The translations under genes and the position numbers were made by a program. This document shows positions 1 through 9,157 of a stretch of 64,000 bases of DNA, in pieces. This stretch comes from Bacilli bacterium (GTDB taxonomy: Bacteria > Bacillota_I > Bacilli_A > RF39 > UBA660): positions 4,252 to 68,251 of the forward strand of contig CAAGEE010000002.1 in NCBI GenBank assembly GCA_900768815.1, in the 5' to 3' direction. How positions within the stretch are numbered: the first letter of the stretch is position 1; every line of letters starts with the position of its first letter. A model generated the notes under the pieces. The model was not told the DNA's origin and did no database searches. It saw nothing but the letters and a program-made list of their open reading frames with translations.

Positions 1-1
1 T

Positions 2-475
2 GAAATAATTTCTTTTGCAAGAGGTATTACAAGATATTTAAGAAATGTTGATACAAGGAATGAGTTACTTGAACTTGGGTTTGCTCCTGGACTTTATAAT
101 GGATTGCTTGAATACTCTGGTTTTCAAAAAGATGAAAGCTTTAATATGATAGTTAATGGATGCTTAAGATATAGAGATTTAAGAAAGCTTGTTGTTTTTG
201 AAGATAAAAAGAGAAATTTAAGAGAGAAGGAGTTTGCTCAAGTATTAGAGAGTGATATAGTAGATAGGGAATTAAGATGTAGTCCAATTAAGAGTTCGAT
301 AATAGAAGATGTTTATAATACTAGAGATTCTTTAGGAGAAATAGATTGGGAGAGAGTTTTTAATACTATTAGTACAGATGATTTATTTAGATGTGAGAAT
401 TTTACTGATTTACAAAAAGTTGGATATTTTAAAAGTTATGAAACGAGAAAGAGTTCGGGGTATGATGGTAGGTGA
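2..475 (+). CDS. 3' end of an unidentified protein-coding gene, open at the window edge
   Basis: Frame 2 is open from nt 2 (EIISFARGITRYL...) and runs into the listed 104..475 ORF. No family recognised. Confidence 0.5.
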   Translation, partial: EIISFARGITRYLRNVDTRNELLELGFAPGLYNGLLEYSGFQKDESFNMIVNGCLRYRDLRKLVVFEDKKRNLREKEFAQVLESDIVDRELRCSPIKSSIIEDVYNTRDSLGEIDWERVFNTISTDDLFRCENFTDLQKVGYFKSYETRKSSGYDGR

Positions 476-483
476 TATAAGTA

Positions 484-1392
484 ATGATAAAAGAATTACA
501 AGAATATTGTGATTATTTAAAATATCAGAAGAATTATTCGGAGTATACTATAGAAAATTATTGTAGTGATATTATACAGTATTTAGATTATTTGGATAGT
601 GAAGAAATTAACTTTAAAAAGGTTGAGTATAGTGATTTAAGATTTTATCTTATGTATTTAAAAGAGAAAAAACGAGAAAATAATTCTTCAATAGATAGGA
701 AACTTAGTGCGTTAAGAGGTTTTTATAAGTTTTTAGCAACAGAAAAAATAGTTGATAATAATGCTTTTTCTTTAGTAACTGGATTAAAAAAAGAAAAGAA
801 ATTACCGAGATATTTTGAATATAATGAGTTAGAGGAGTTGTTTAAAGTACCAGATTTAAGAACGGCTCTTGGACAGCGTGATCGTTTAATACTTGAAATG
901 TTATACGCTACTGGTTTACGAGTTGGAGAACTTGTGTCAGTAAAAGTTAGTGATATTGATTTAGGTAGTAGAGTTATTTTAGTGGTTGGAAAAGGAAATA
1001 AAGAAAGAAGAGTTACTTATGGAGATTATTGTAATGATGCCTTAAAACTATATTTGAGTGATGGCTATCTTAAACTTAATAAGACTTGTAGTGCTTATTT
1101 ATTTTTAAATAATAATGGAGAGGTTATTACAGAAAGAGGTATTAGATATATACTTGATCGAGTAATTAAGAAGACCAGTTTAAATAAATCTATATCCCCA
1201 CACGTTCTTAGACATAGTTTTGCAACACATTTATTAAATGAAGGGTGTGACTTGTTAACAGTACAAAAATTACTAGGACATGAGAGTATTAGTGCTACTC
1301 AGATTTATACACATGTTACGACTGATAGATTAAAAGAAGTATATTATAATAGTTTTCCTAGAGCAATAAAAAAAGATAATAATGATAACTAG
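484..1392 (+). CDS. xerC: XerC/XerD-type tyrosine site-specific recombinase
   Basis: 302 aa. SAM-like N-terminal domain and catalytic C-terminus with ATGLRVGEL, HVLRHSFATHLL and LLGHESISATQIYTH (R..HxxR..Y). XerC cannot be separated from XerD by eye. No phage genes nearby. Confidence 0.85.
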   Translation: MIKELQEYCDYLKYQKNYSEYTIENYCSDIIQYLDYLDSEEINFKKVEYSDLRFYLMYLKEKKRENNSSIDRKLSALRGFYKFLATEKIVDNNAFSLVTGLKKEKKLPRYFEYNELEELFKVPDLRTALGQRDRLILEMLYATGLRVGELVSVKVSDIDLGSRVILVVGKGNKERRVTYGDYCNDALKLYLSDGYLKLNKTCSAYLFLNNNGEVITERGIRYILDRVIKKTSLNKSISPHVLRHSFATHLLNEGCDLLTVQKLLGHESISATQIYTHVTTDRLKEVYYNSFPRAIKKDNNDN

Positions 1393-1414
1393 AGTTAAAT
1401 ATTCTAGTTTTTAT
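1387..1414 (+). terminator. intrinsic terminator after xerC
   Basis: AACTAGA / TCTAGTT 7-bp stem with a 9-nt loop, followed by a T-run. Overlaps the TAG stop. Confidence 0.6.
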
Positions 1415-1497
1415 TATGTAAATTATTTGATTTTACTTTATCTTTTTTGACATTTTAGTTATAATAGTGTTGTCAATGAAGGATGTGGTGTCTTTTT

Positions 1498-1782
1498 ATG
1501 GATTTTGAATTTTCTAGTAAAGAAGAACTTTATCAGAGAGTTAAGCCAGCACTTAGAGCTAAAGCCATGGAACTTAAAAGACTAGGTTATTCGCATATAA
1601 AAGAGAATGATGTATGGAATTATTTAATTGAAACTAAATGGTGTAAGGCTCATGATTTAATGCTTTCTGATATAGTTAATGATATTTTAAGAACTAATAA
1701 TGAGAAGATAGATATGTATTTAAAAGAAAAATTAAATGGTGATAGGACACAATATTTTGATAAGAATTTAGAAATTTTATGA
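1498..1782 (+). CDS. comN: ComN/YrzD-family post-transcriptional regulator
   Basis: EELYQRVKPALRAKAMELKRLGYSHIKENDVWNYLIETKW...IVNDIL matches the ComN pattern as I recall it. Sits directly upstream of secDF as in B. subtilis. ATG 1498 has better RBS spacing than the track start 1483. Confidence 0.7.
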   Translation: MDFEFSSKEELYQRVKPALRAKAMELKRLGYSHIKENDVWNYLIETKWCKAHDLMLSDIVNDILRTNNEKIDMYLKEKLNGDRTQYFDKNLEIL

Positions 1783-1793
1783 GGTGAGGTTAC

Positions 1794-4067
1794 ATGAAAA
1801 GTAAAAATGGTAAAAAGAATGTTATTATTACAGCTATTTTAATGGGTTTATTAGCAGTAGTAATTTGTTTGTTATTTATTCCACTTTTTAAGAATTTAAA
1901 ATTTGGATTAGATTTACAAGGTGGATTTGAAATATTATACAAAGTTGATTCTATTGATGGTTCTAAGATGAATAGTAGTAAGTTAACAGCTACTTATAAA
2001 ACTTTAAGTAAGAGAATTGATAGTTTAGGTGTTAGTGAACCTGAAATAATATTAGAGGGTAATGATAAGATTAGGGTTAAACTTGCTGGAGTTACTGATC
2101 CTGAACAAGCACGTACGCAATTATCAACTGTTGCGACATTATCTTTTAGAGATACTAATGATAATTTATTGATGACTAGCGAGGTTTTAAAAGCTGGAGG
2201 AGCTAAAGTTAGTCAAGATTCTTCTGGAAACCCAGCTGTTTTATTAACAGTTAAAGATAAGGATAAATTTTATGAGGTTACTAATAAAGTAAAAGATTAT
2301 GAGAAGAACATGATTGTTATTTGGTTGGACTATAATGGTATGACTGATAGTTTTGCTAAAGAAGGTAGTTTATGTGGAACTTCTGAATCTAATTGTTTAA
2401 GTGCAGCTACTGTATCACAAGGCTTTGCCAGTGATGTTATTATTCAAGGAAACTTTACTGAAGATGAAGTTAATAATTTGGTAGATTTAATTAATTCTGG
2501 GTCTTTACCTAGTAAATTAACTGAAATATCTTCTAAGACAGTAGGAGCTTCGTTTGGTGATGATACTTTACAAAAAACATTAATTGCAGGTGTTATTGGT
2601 GTTGTATTAATTGGTGTTTTATTGGTTGTTATTTATCATTTTTCTGGATTTGTTTCAACTATATCAATGTTACTATATACATTCTTAGTATTCTTAGTAT
2701 TCTGGCTTGTAGGTGGTGTTTTAACACTTCCTGGTATTGCTGCTTTAGTACTTGGAATTGGTATGTCAGTTGATTCTAATGTTATTACATTTGCTCGCAT
2801 TAAAGAGGAATTATATAAAGGTAAAAGTCTGCCTTTAGCATTTAAGGAAGGTGTTAAGTGTAGTTTTAGTGCTATACTTGATTCTAACTTAACTACTTTG
2901 ATAGTTGCGATTATTATGTTTATATTTGGTGAATCTAGTATTAAGGGATTTGCTACAATGTTAATTATTACAGTTATTGTTACAATGTTTACAATGGTAT
3001 TCTTAACTAGAATTTTATTAAATTTATTTGTTAAGACTAATTACTTTAATGATAAGACAAAATTATTTATTGGGGTAAATAGTGAAGATATTCCAAATGT
3101 AAATAAAAATGAAAAAGTAAAGAAAGTACCATTTGCAAAAGTTGATTTCTTAAAAAATAGAAAATTATTTGCTGGGGTATCAGCAATCATTATTTTAGTT
3201 GGGGCAGTTACTATTGGTTTCTGTGGATTAAACTTGGGAATTGATTATAGAGCAGGATCAGATATTACAATAGCAACAAATAAAGATTTAACTAAGAAAC
3301 AAATAAATAGTGATTTAAGAGAATTAGGATTGAAGAGTTCAGATATTACTATTGGTGATGAAGAGACTGTAATTAGAATTGATTCAGCACTTGATGGAGA
3401 TAAAGTTAAAGAAGTTAATACATATTTTGAAGATAAGTATGATGCTAAAGTTAATATTGGAGTTGTTTCTAATGTTGTACAAAGAGAATTAATTAAGAAT
3501 GCAATTCTTTCAGTGCTATTAGCACTTGTTGGTATTATTCTTTATGTATCTTTCAGATTTAAATTTAGTTATGCTGTATCAGGAGTTCTTGCATTATTAC
3601 ATGATGTATTAATTATGATAGCTTTATTTGGTATATTTAATATTGAAGTTTCATCTATGTTTATTGCAGCACTTTTAGCTATCATTGGTTATTCAATTAA
3701 TGATACAATAGTTACATTTGACCGTATAAGAGAGAAATTAAAGAATGAAGATGAATCAAAGTTAAGTTATGATGAGTTTTATGATTTATGTAATATTAGT
3801 ATTAGAGAAACTTTCGGTCGTACTATAAATACTACTATTACTACTTTGATACCTGTTATTACATTAATAATTTTAGGTTCTAGTGAGATACTTTCATTTA
3901 ATTTAGCAATGTTAATTGGATTAATTGCTGGTACTTATTCAACTATTTTTATAGCAACAGCATTATTCTTAGTATTAGAAAAGAAAAATTTAGGTAAACC
4001 TAAAAAAGTAAAAAGAGTTTATACTGATGAATTTGAGGAAAAGAAAATAAAGGGAATTAATTGTTAG
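1794..4067 (+). CDS. secDF: protein translocase subunit SecDF (fused)
   Basis: 757 aa. N-terminal TM, large external loop, then two 6-TM blocks (SecD then SecF). GGTGAGG RBS. Confidence 0.95.
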   Translation: MKSKNGKKNVIITAILMGLLAVVICLLFIPLFKNLKFGLDLQGGFEILYKVDSIDGSKMNSSKLTATYKTLSKRIDSLGVSEPEIILEGNDKIRVKLAGVTDPEQARTQLSTVATLSFRDTNDNLLMTSEVLKAGGAKVSQDSSGNPAVLLTVKDKDKFYEVTNKVKDYEKNMIVIWLDYNGMTDSFAKEGSLCGTSESNCLSAATVSQGFASDVIIQGNFTEDEVNNLVDLINSGSLPSKLTEISSKTVGASFGDDTLQKTLIAGVIGVVLIGVLLVVIYHFSGFVSTISMLLYTFLVFLVFWLVGGVLTLPGIAALVLGIGMSVDSNVITFARIKEELYKGKSLPLAFKEGVKCSFSAILDSNLTTLIVAIIMFIFGESSIKGFATMLIITVIVTMFTMVFLTRILLNLFVKTNYFNDKTKLFIGVNSEDIPNVNKNEKVKKVPFAKVDFLKNRKLFAGVSAIIILVGAVTIGFCGLNLGIDYRAGSDITIATNKDLTKKQINSDLRELGLKSSDITIGDEETVIRIDSALDGDKVKEVNTYFEDKYDAKVNIGVVSNVVQRELIKNAILSVLLALVGIILYVSFRFKFSYAVSGVLALLHDVLIMIALFGIFNIEVSSMFIAALLAIIGYSINDTIVTFDRIREKLKNEDESKLSYDEFYDLCNISIRETFGRTINTTITTLIPVITLIILGSSEILSFNLAMLIGLIAGTYSTIFIATALFLVLEKKNLGKPKKVKRVYTDEFEEKKIKGINC

Positions 4068-4074
4068 AGAGGAG

Positions 4075-6234
4075 TTGGTTCCTACGTCAACAAAACATGA
4101 TAAAATTACATTTGATGATGTACTAGAATCTGTTGGTACATATATTGAAGATGAGGAACAGATTTCAGTTATAAAAAAAGCATATGACTTTGCAAGTAGT
4201 AAACATGAAGGTCAACTTAGGAAGTCTGGGGAACCATATATTATTCATCCTTTGAATGTGGCTCTAATCCTAGGTAAAATTTATGCAGATTATGAAACTA
4301 TTTCGGCTGCTTTACTACACGATGTTTTAGAAGATTGTGATTGTACAGTTGAAGAGATGGAGGATGAATTTGGAATTAATATTACACGTTTAGTTACAGG
4401 TGTTACTAGACTTAGTAGAATTAATTTTTCAACAGAAAATGAATATTTGATTGATTACTATAAAAAAATTATTGTAGGTATGAGTGAAGACGTTAGAGTA
4501 ATCATCATAAAATTAGCAGACTGTCTACATAATATGAGAACTTTATGGGCACTTCCTGAAGATAGACAAAAAGCTAAGGCACATGAGACATTAGATATTT
4601 TTGCTCCTATTGCACATCATTTAGGTATTCATAAAATCAAGAGTGAATTAGAAGATTTATCACTTCGTTATTTAAAACCGGATGTTTTTTATGATATAGC
4701 AGAAAAACTTAATAAAACAAAATTGGAACGTGATAAGACTGTTTTTGATATGCAGAAGTCAGTTTCAGAACTTTTAGATGCACATCATATTAATCATGAA
4801 ATTAAAGGTAGAGCAAAGAGTATATATAGTATCTATAATAAATTGGATAAGGGTAAGAAGTTTAGTGATATATATGATTTATTAGCACTTAGAATTTTAG
4901 TTCATACAGAGCAAGAATGTTATTTGGCTCTTGGTATTATTCATTCTAAGTTTAGACCTTTACCAAAACGTTTTAAAGATTATATTGCTATGCCTAAACC
5001 TAATATGTATCAATCATTACATACAACAGTATTTGGAATAGATGGATATTTATTTGAAATTCAGATTAGAACTTATGATATGGATGAAGTTGCAGAAAAT
5101 GGTATTGCTTCACATTGGGCATATAAAGAAGGTTCTGGTCCAGTAAGAGTAGATGTTATGAATCAGACTGAACAAAAACTTCAGTTCTTTAAATCAATTA
5201 TTGACTTATCTAGAGATAAGATGAGTAGTGAAGACTTTGTTAATAGTGTTAAAGATGACATTTTAAATAACAATATTTATTGTTTTACTCCTAAAGGTGA
5301 TGTTATTGAACTACCAGTAGGGTCAACTCCTTTAGACTTTGCTTATAGAATTCATACAAGAGTTGGTGAAACTACAGTAGGAGCAATTGTTAATAATAAT
5401 ATTGTTCCGTTGAATTATGAATTAAAGAATAATGATATAGTTAAAATTAATACTAATAAGAGTTCTACACCTTCTAAAGAGTGGATTAATATGGTTAAGA
5501 CTGCTCAAGCTAGAAATAAGATAAAAAGTTTCTTTACGAAAAGTGAAAGAGAAGTTTATATTGAACGTGGAAAAGATGCTATTGAAAAAGAGCTTCGTAA
5601 GAGAAAAATTGCGTTTGCTGATTTCTTTACGGATGAAAATATTAAAACTATTTGTAATGAGATTAATACTGATGACTTAGAGGAAATATATTTAGTAGTA
5701 GGTAATGGCAGATCACCAGTTAATTCGGTTATTAATATAATAGATAAGTCACATGAGACTCTAACACCTAAGAATATTAAAGTTACACCTACTAATACAG
5801 ATGCGGATATTATTGTTACTGGTATTGATAAGGTAAAAGTTAATTTAGCTAATTGTTGTAATCCAGTATATGGTGATGAAATAATTGGTTATATTACTAA
5901 GGGTAATGGAATATCAGTACATAGAATTAATTGTCATAATTTAGAGATGTTAGAGGATAGAACTTTAGAGGTTTGTTGGGGTAATAATACTAATAAAAGA
6001 TATTTAACTTCAATTATTGTTTATACTAAAGATAATAATAATCATATGCTTGATTTAATGCAAACTATATCTATGCTTAATGTTAGTGTTGATGAGATTA
6101 AGACTATTAATAGAGGAGATAATGCAATGTATGAAGTTGGTTGTTATGTTACTGGACTTGAACAATTAAATAAGGTTATTATGACTCTTACTAAGAGTAG
6201 TTTTGTTGAGAAAATTGAAAGGGTGATGCGATGA
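4075..6234 (+). CDS. relA: bifunctional (p)ppGpp synthetase/hydrolase, RelA/SpoT homologue
   Basis: 719 aa. HD hydrolase region (HPLNVALIL...LLHDVLED), synthetase region (YQSLHTTVFG...EIQIRT), TGS and ACT-like C-terminus. TTG start. Confidence 0.95.
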   Translation: MVPTSTKHDKITFDDVLESVGTYIEDEEQISVIKKAYDFASSKHEGQLRKSGEPYIIHPLNVALILGKIYADYETISAALLHDVLEDCDCTVEEMEDEFGINITRLVTGVTRLSRINFSTENEYLIDYYKKIIVGMSEDVRVIIIKLADCLHNMRTLWALPEDRQKAKAHETLDIFAPIAHHLGIHKIKSELEDLSLRYLKPDVFYDIAEKLNKTKLERDKTVFDMQKSVSELLDAHHINHEIKGRAKSIYSIYNKLDKGKKFSDIYDLLALRILVHTEQECYLALGIIHSKFRPLPKRFKDYIAMPKPNMYQSLHTTVFGIDGYLFEIQIRTYDMDEVAENGIASHWAYKEGSGPVRVDVMNQTEQKLQFFKSIIDLSRDKMSSEDFVNSVKDDILNNNIYCFTPKGDVIELPVGSTPLDFAYRIHTRVGETTVGAIVNNNIVPLNYELKNNDIVKINTNKSSTPSKEWINMVKTAQARNKIKSFFTKSEREVYIERGKDAIEKELRKRKIAFADFFTDENIKTICNEINTDDLEEIYLVVGNGRSPVNSVINIIDKSHETLTPKNIKVTPTNTDADIIVTGIDKVKVNLANCCNPVYGDEIIGYITKGNGISVHRINCHNLEMLEDRTLEVCWGNNTNKRYLTSIIVYTKDNNNHMLDLMQTISMLNVSVDEIKTINRGDNAMYEVGCYVTGLEQLNKVIMTLTKSSFVEKIERVMR

Positions 6235-6665
6235 GAGCTTTACTACAAAGAACTGGAAATGCTAAAGTGGTTGTTTCTGGTAAGACGGTTGGTAAGATTG
6301 ATCAAGGATTAGTTGTATTTGTTGGTTTTACTGAGGGGGATACTTTAGAGAAAATAGAATATATGGCTAAGAAGATTGTTAATCTTAGAATCTTTCCAGA
6401 TGAAAACGATGTTATGAATAAGAGTATTTTGGATTATGGGGGTAAGATACTTTCTGTTTCACAATTTACATTGTATGCTAATTGTGAAAAGGGTAATAGA
6501 CCAAGTTATATGGCTGCTATGAAAAATGATGATGCTATTAAATTTTATGAGATGTTTAATAGAGAGCTTGAAAAGTACATAGAGGTTGAAACTGGTGAAT
6601 TTGGTGCTGATATGGATGTTGAAATTAATAATATCGGTCCCACTACTATTTGGCTAGAGAGGTGA
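6231..6665 (+). CDS. dtd: D-aminoacyl-tRNA deacylase
   Basis: 144 aa. MRALLQR N-terminus, SQFTLYA and GPTT motifs. ATGA overlap with relA, as in Bacillus. Confidence 0.93.
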   Translation: MRALLQRTGNAKVVVSGKTVGKIDQGLVVFVGFTEGDTLEKIEYMAKKIVNLRIFPDENDVMNKSILDYGGKILSVSQFTLYANCEKGNRPSYMAAMKNDDAIKFYEMFNRELEKYIEVETGEFGADMDVEINNIGPTTIWLER

Positions 6666-6670
6666 TTTTC

Positions 6671-7729
6671 TTGTTTCCTAATAAGTTGAATTATAAAATT
6701 ATAAATCTAACATTTTTGCTGGGACTTTTATATATTGCGGTTACTAACATTGGTGTTTGGTGGGGTGTTTTATTAAAAATAATTTCTGTTATGGCACCAT
6801 TTATAATAGCTTTTGTATTTGCATATGCTTTTACTCCATTTATTAGACTTTTAGAAAAGAAAGGCCTTAGTAAAAATTTAGCAATTTTGGTTACGGTACT
6901 TGGACTTGTCTTATTAGTTGGGGGATTAATTGCGATAGTACTACCATTATTTTATGATCAGTTATCTTTACTTATTAAGATGCTTAAAGAAGTAATTGAA
7001 AATGTTGGTATGAAGTTTAATCTTAACTTAGGAAGTTTTGAAATTAAAGTTACAGATTATTTAAATGATGCTTTAAAAGATATAGGAGGAATTATTTCTT
7101 CAACTACTATAGATGTTGTTTCTAAGTCAATTGGTTTTGCTGGTAAGTTTATCGTAGGCTTTGTAGGTTTTATTTATTTCTTAGCTGATATGGATAAGAT
7201 AAGGTATTGGTTTAGAGAAATGCTTTTATCACTTAATAGGAAAACTTATAAATATTTTAAATGTTTAGATGTTGAAATTAGCAATTATTTAAAGGGACTT
7301 GGTATATTTATGTTAATTCAATTAGTTGAATATAGCTTTTTGTTCTTTGTTATTGGACATCCAAACTGGTTAATACTTGGTCTTCTTGCTTGTCTAACTA
7401 CTGTTATACCTTATTTTGGTGGACTTATTACAAATATTATTGCTATAATAATGGCAAGTGTTGTATCTACTCCTTTGGTTGTAGCAACGATAGTTATTTG
7501 TTTAATATTCCCACAAATAGATGGATATTTTACATCACCTAGAGTGTATGGTAGAACAAATGATATAAACCCACTTATTACAATTATGATGGTATCAGTT
7601 GGTGGTACTTTGGCTGGAATGGTTGGTATTGTTGTAGCTTTACCATGTTATTTACTAATTAGAACGACTTATAAATTCTTTAAAAAAGATTTAGAAAAGG
7701 GATTAGATAAAGTTAAAGAAGCTATATAA
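6671..7729 (+). CDS. AI-2E (PerM/YhhT) family transporter
   Basis: Polytopic membrane protein with the family-typical central soluble insert. TTG 6671 follows a GAGAGGTGA RBS; the track start 6650 would overlap dtd. Confidence 0.75.
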   Translation: MFPNKLNYKIINLTFLLGLLYIAVTNIGVWWGVLLKIISVMAPFIIAFVFAYAFTPFIRLLEKKGLSKNLAILVTVLGLVLLVGGLIAIVLPLFYDQLSLLIKMLKEVIENVGMKFNLNLGSFEIKVTDYLNDALKDIGGIISSTTIDVVSKSIGFAGKFIVGFVGFIYFLADMDKIRYWFREMLLSLNRKTYKYFKCLDVEISNYLKGLGIFMLIQLVEYSFLFFVIGHPNWLILGLLACLTTVIPYFGGLITNIIAIIMASVVSTPLVVATIVICLIFPQIDGYFTSPRVYGRTNDINPLITIMMVSVGGTLAGMVGIVVALPCYLLIRTTYKFFKKDLEKGLDKVKEAI

Positions 7730-7761
7730 TTTGGCTTCTTTTGTTTAAGGGGAAATATTTT

Positions 7762-8913
7762 ATGAGGTTGAATATAGATTATAGTGATCTTAAAAGACAA
7801 ATTATTGAATTGGCTGAGAGTTTAAAACATACTCCTGATAAAGATGACTTTTATAGAAAGTACATGACTTTTGGAGCACTTAACTACGTATATAGTTTGA
7901 GAAAAAGAAGCAATGTATTTTTATCAGAGAAAATCGAAGAGTTTGGAATAAAGTGTTATGATGAAGGCTGTCTTAAGGCTAAAGATGATTTCTTGAGTAA
8001 TAAGTTATATCACAGAGAAGTTTTGGGAAAGAGTTTTGATGAGAATAGTGAGGTAATGGTAGAGATTGCTCTTAGTAAATATTTTAGAAGTTTAAGGAGA
8101 AAACATTTTTCTAGGATTAAGGATGGAGAACGTTCTGAAATATTAGAATCATTTTTTAAGGATTCTTTTCCTGAGGGAAGGGATATTTTAGAAAAATTAC
8201 TTGAAGATGGACATTTATATAGATTTGATTCAATAGCTGCGATGGGAGTTCCTGCTTTTACAATATTTAATACAGAAGAGAAGCTTGCTAATGTATTTTT
8301 ATATAACAAACCAAGGTCTGTCGCAACCCTAGCATCTTTGATCCATGAGATGGGGCATGTTCACGATTATTTGGATGTTACTAGCACTTTTTCTAATACT
8401 GAGATAATTGATTATTCGGTAAATAGTATTTTTGTAGAGACGTTATCTTGCTATTATAATCAGCTTTTCCTGGAATATTTATTAAAAAATGGAATTAGAG
8501 AAGAAGAAACTATATTTTCTTTTAAAGAGTTTTTTACTAGCTTATTTTCTTATTTAGAATCAGGTCTACTACTTACATTACTATCTGAAAATGAATATAG
8601 GAAAGTATGTGATGGGAATGTTTTGAAGGAAGTGGTAGTTAAAAGTCTTTTAGATAAAAAAGTAATAGAAGAGGGAGAGTATTCATTTTCTTCACTTTCT
8701 TCTATGATGAGTGGAATAGATGAGAATCGTTATAGTTATGGAATTTTAATTTCTAATATGATTATTAATGGAGAAATTTCTTTAAATGATTTTATGAGTA
8801 TTAGAGGGAAAAAGTTTAATAAAGAAAATTTAGAAGGTATTGGTTTTGATGCTGATAAAGCAAAAAAGTCTTTGGTTAAGACAATGACTAGGACAATGAT
8901 TAAAAAAATATAA
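7762..8913 (+). CDS. cytoplasmic HExxH zinc metallopeptidase-like protein, M3-like motif
   Basis: LIHEMGHVHD, with Glu residues 15 (TEIID) and 26 (VETL) positions after the second motif His, the latter at M3-like distance. No signal peptide. At 383 aa it is much shorter than PepF. ATG 7762 follows an AAGGGG RBS. Confidence 0.5.
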   Translation: MRLNIDYSDLKRQIIELAESLKHTPDKDDFYRKYMTFGALNYVYSLRKRSNVFLSEKIEEFGIKCYDEGCLKAKDDFLSNKLYHREVLGKSFDENSEVMVEIALSKYFRSLRRKHFSRIKDGERSEILESFFKDSFPEGRDILEKLLEDGHLYRFDSIAAMGVPAFTIFNTEEKLANVFLYNKPRSVATLASLIHEMGHVHDYLDVTSTFSNTEIIDYSVNSIFVETLSCYYNQLFLEYLLKNGIREEETIFSFKEFFTSLFSYLESGLLLTLLSENEYRKVCDGNVLKEVVVKSLLDKKVIEEGEYSFSSLSSMMSGIDENRYSYGILISNMIINGEISLNDFMSIRGKKFNKENLEGIGFDADKAKKSLVKTMTRTMIKKI

Positions 8914-8951
8914 AAAAAGACTATCTTTTTAGAAAAATATGTTATAATATT

Positions 8952-9146
8952 CATATCTTCTTGGGAAAGAGTAGACTTTATAAATATTTTAGAGAGAGTA
9001 TGGTTGGTGAAAATACTTATTATTTTGAAGTTGAAGACATCTCATAAATGGGAAGCGAGTTACTTCGATATCAGTTTTTAAAGTATAAAATAAGGTGGCA
9101 CCACAGTAATAATACTGTCCTTTGTGAGTGTCATCTTTTTATTTTA
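8952..9146 (+). promoter_or_regulatory. T-box leader (His specifier) controlling hisS-aspS
   Basis: TGtTATAAT extended -10 at 8940-48. AGAGAG and GGTGAAA stem-I elements. Candidate CAU specifier followed by A (9043-46). T-box sequence AAGGTGGCACCACAG (9092-9106). Terminator arm TGTGAGTGTCA pairs with the T-box 3' half and is followed by a T-run. Confidence 0.8.
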
Positions 9147-9157
9147 GGAGGTTATTT

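Noticed and set aside
484-1392. Tyrosine recombinase as a marker of an integrated phage or island.
   Set aside because: The sequence has the Xer-type length and motifs. The surrounding genes are housekeeping, and no att-like repeats, phage genes or compositional shift were seen.
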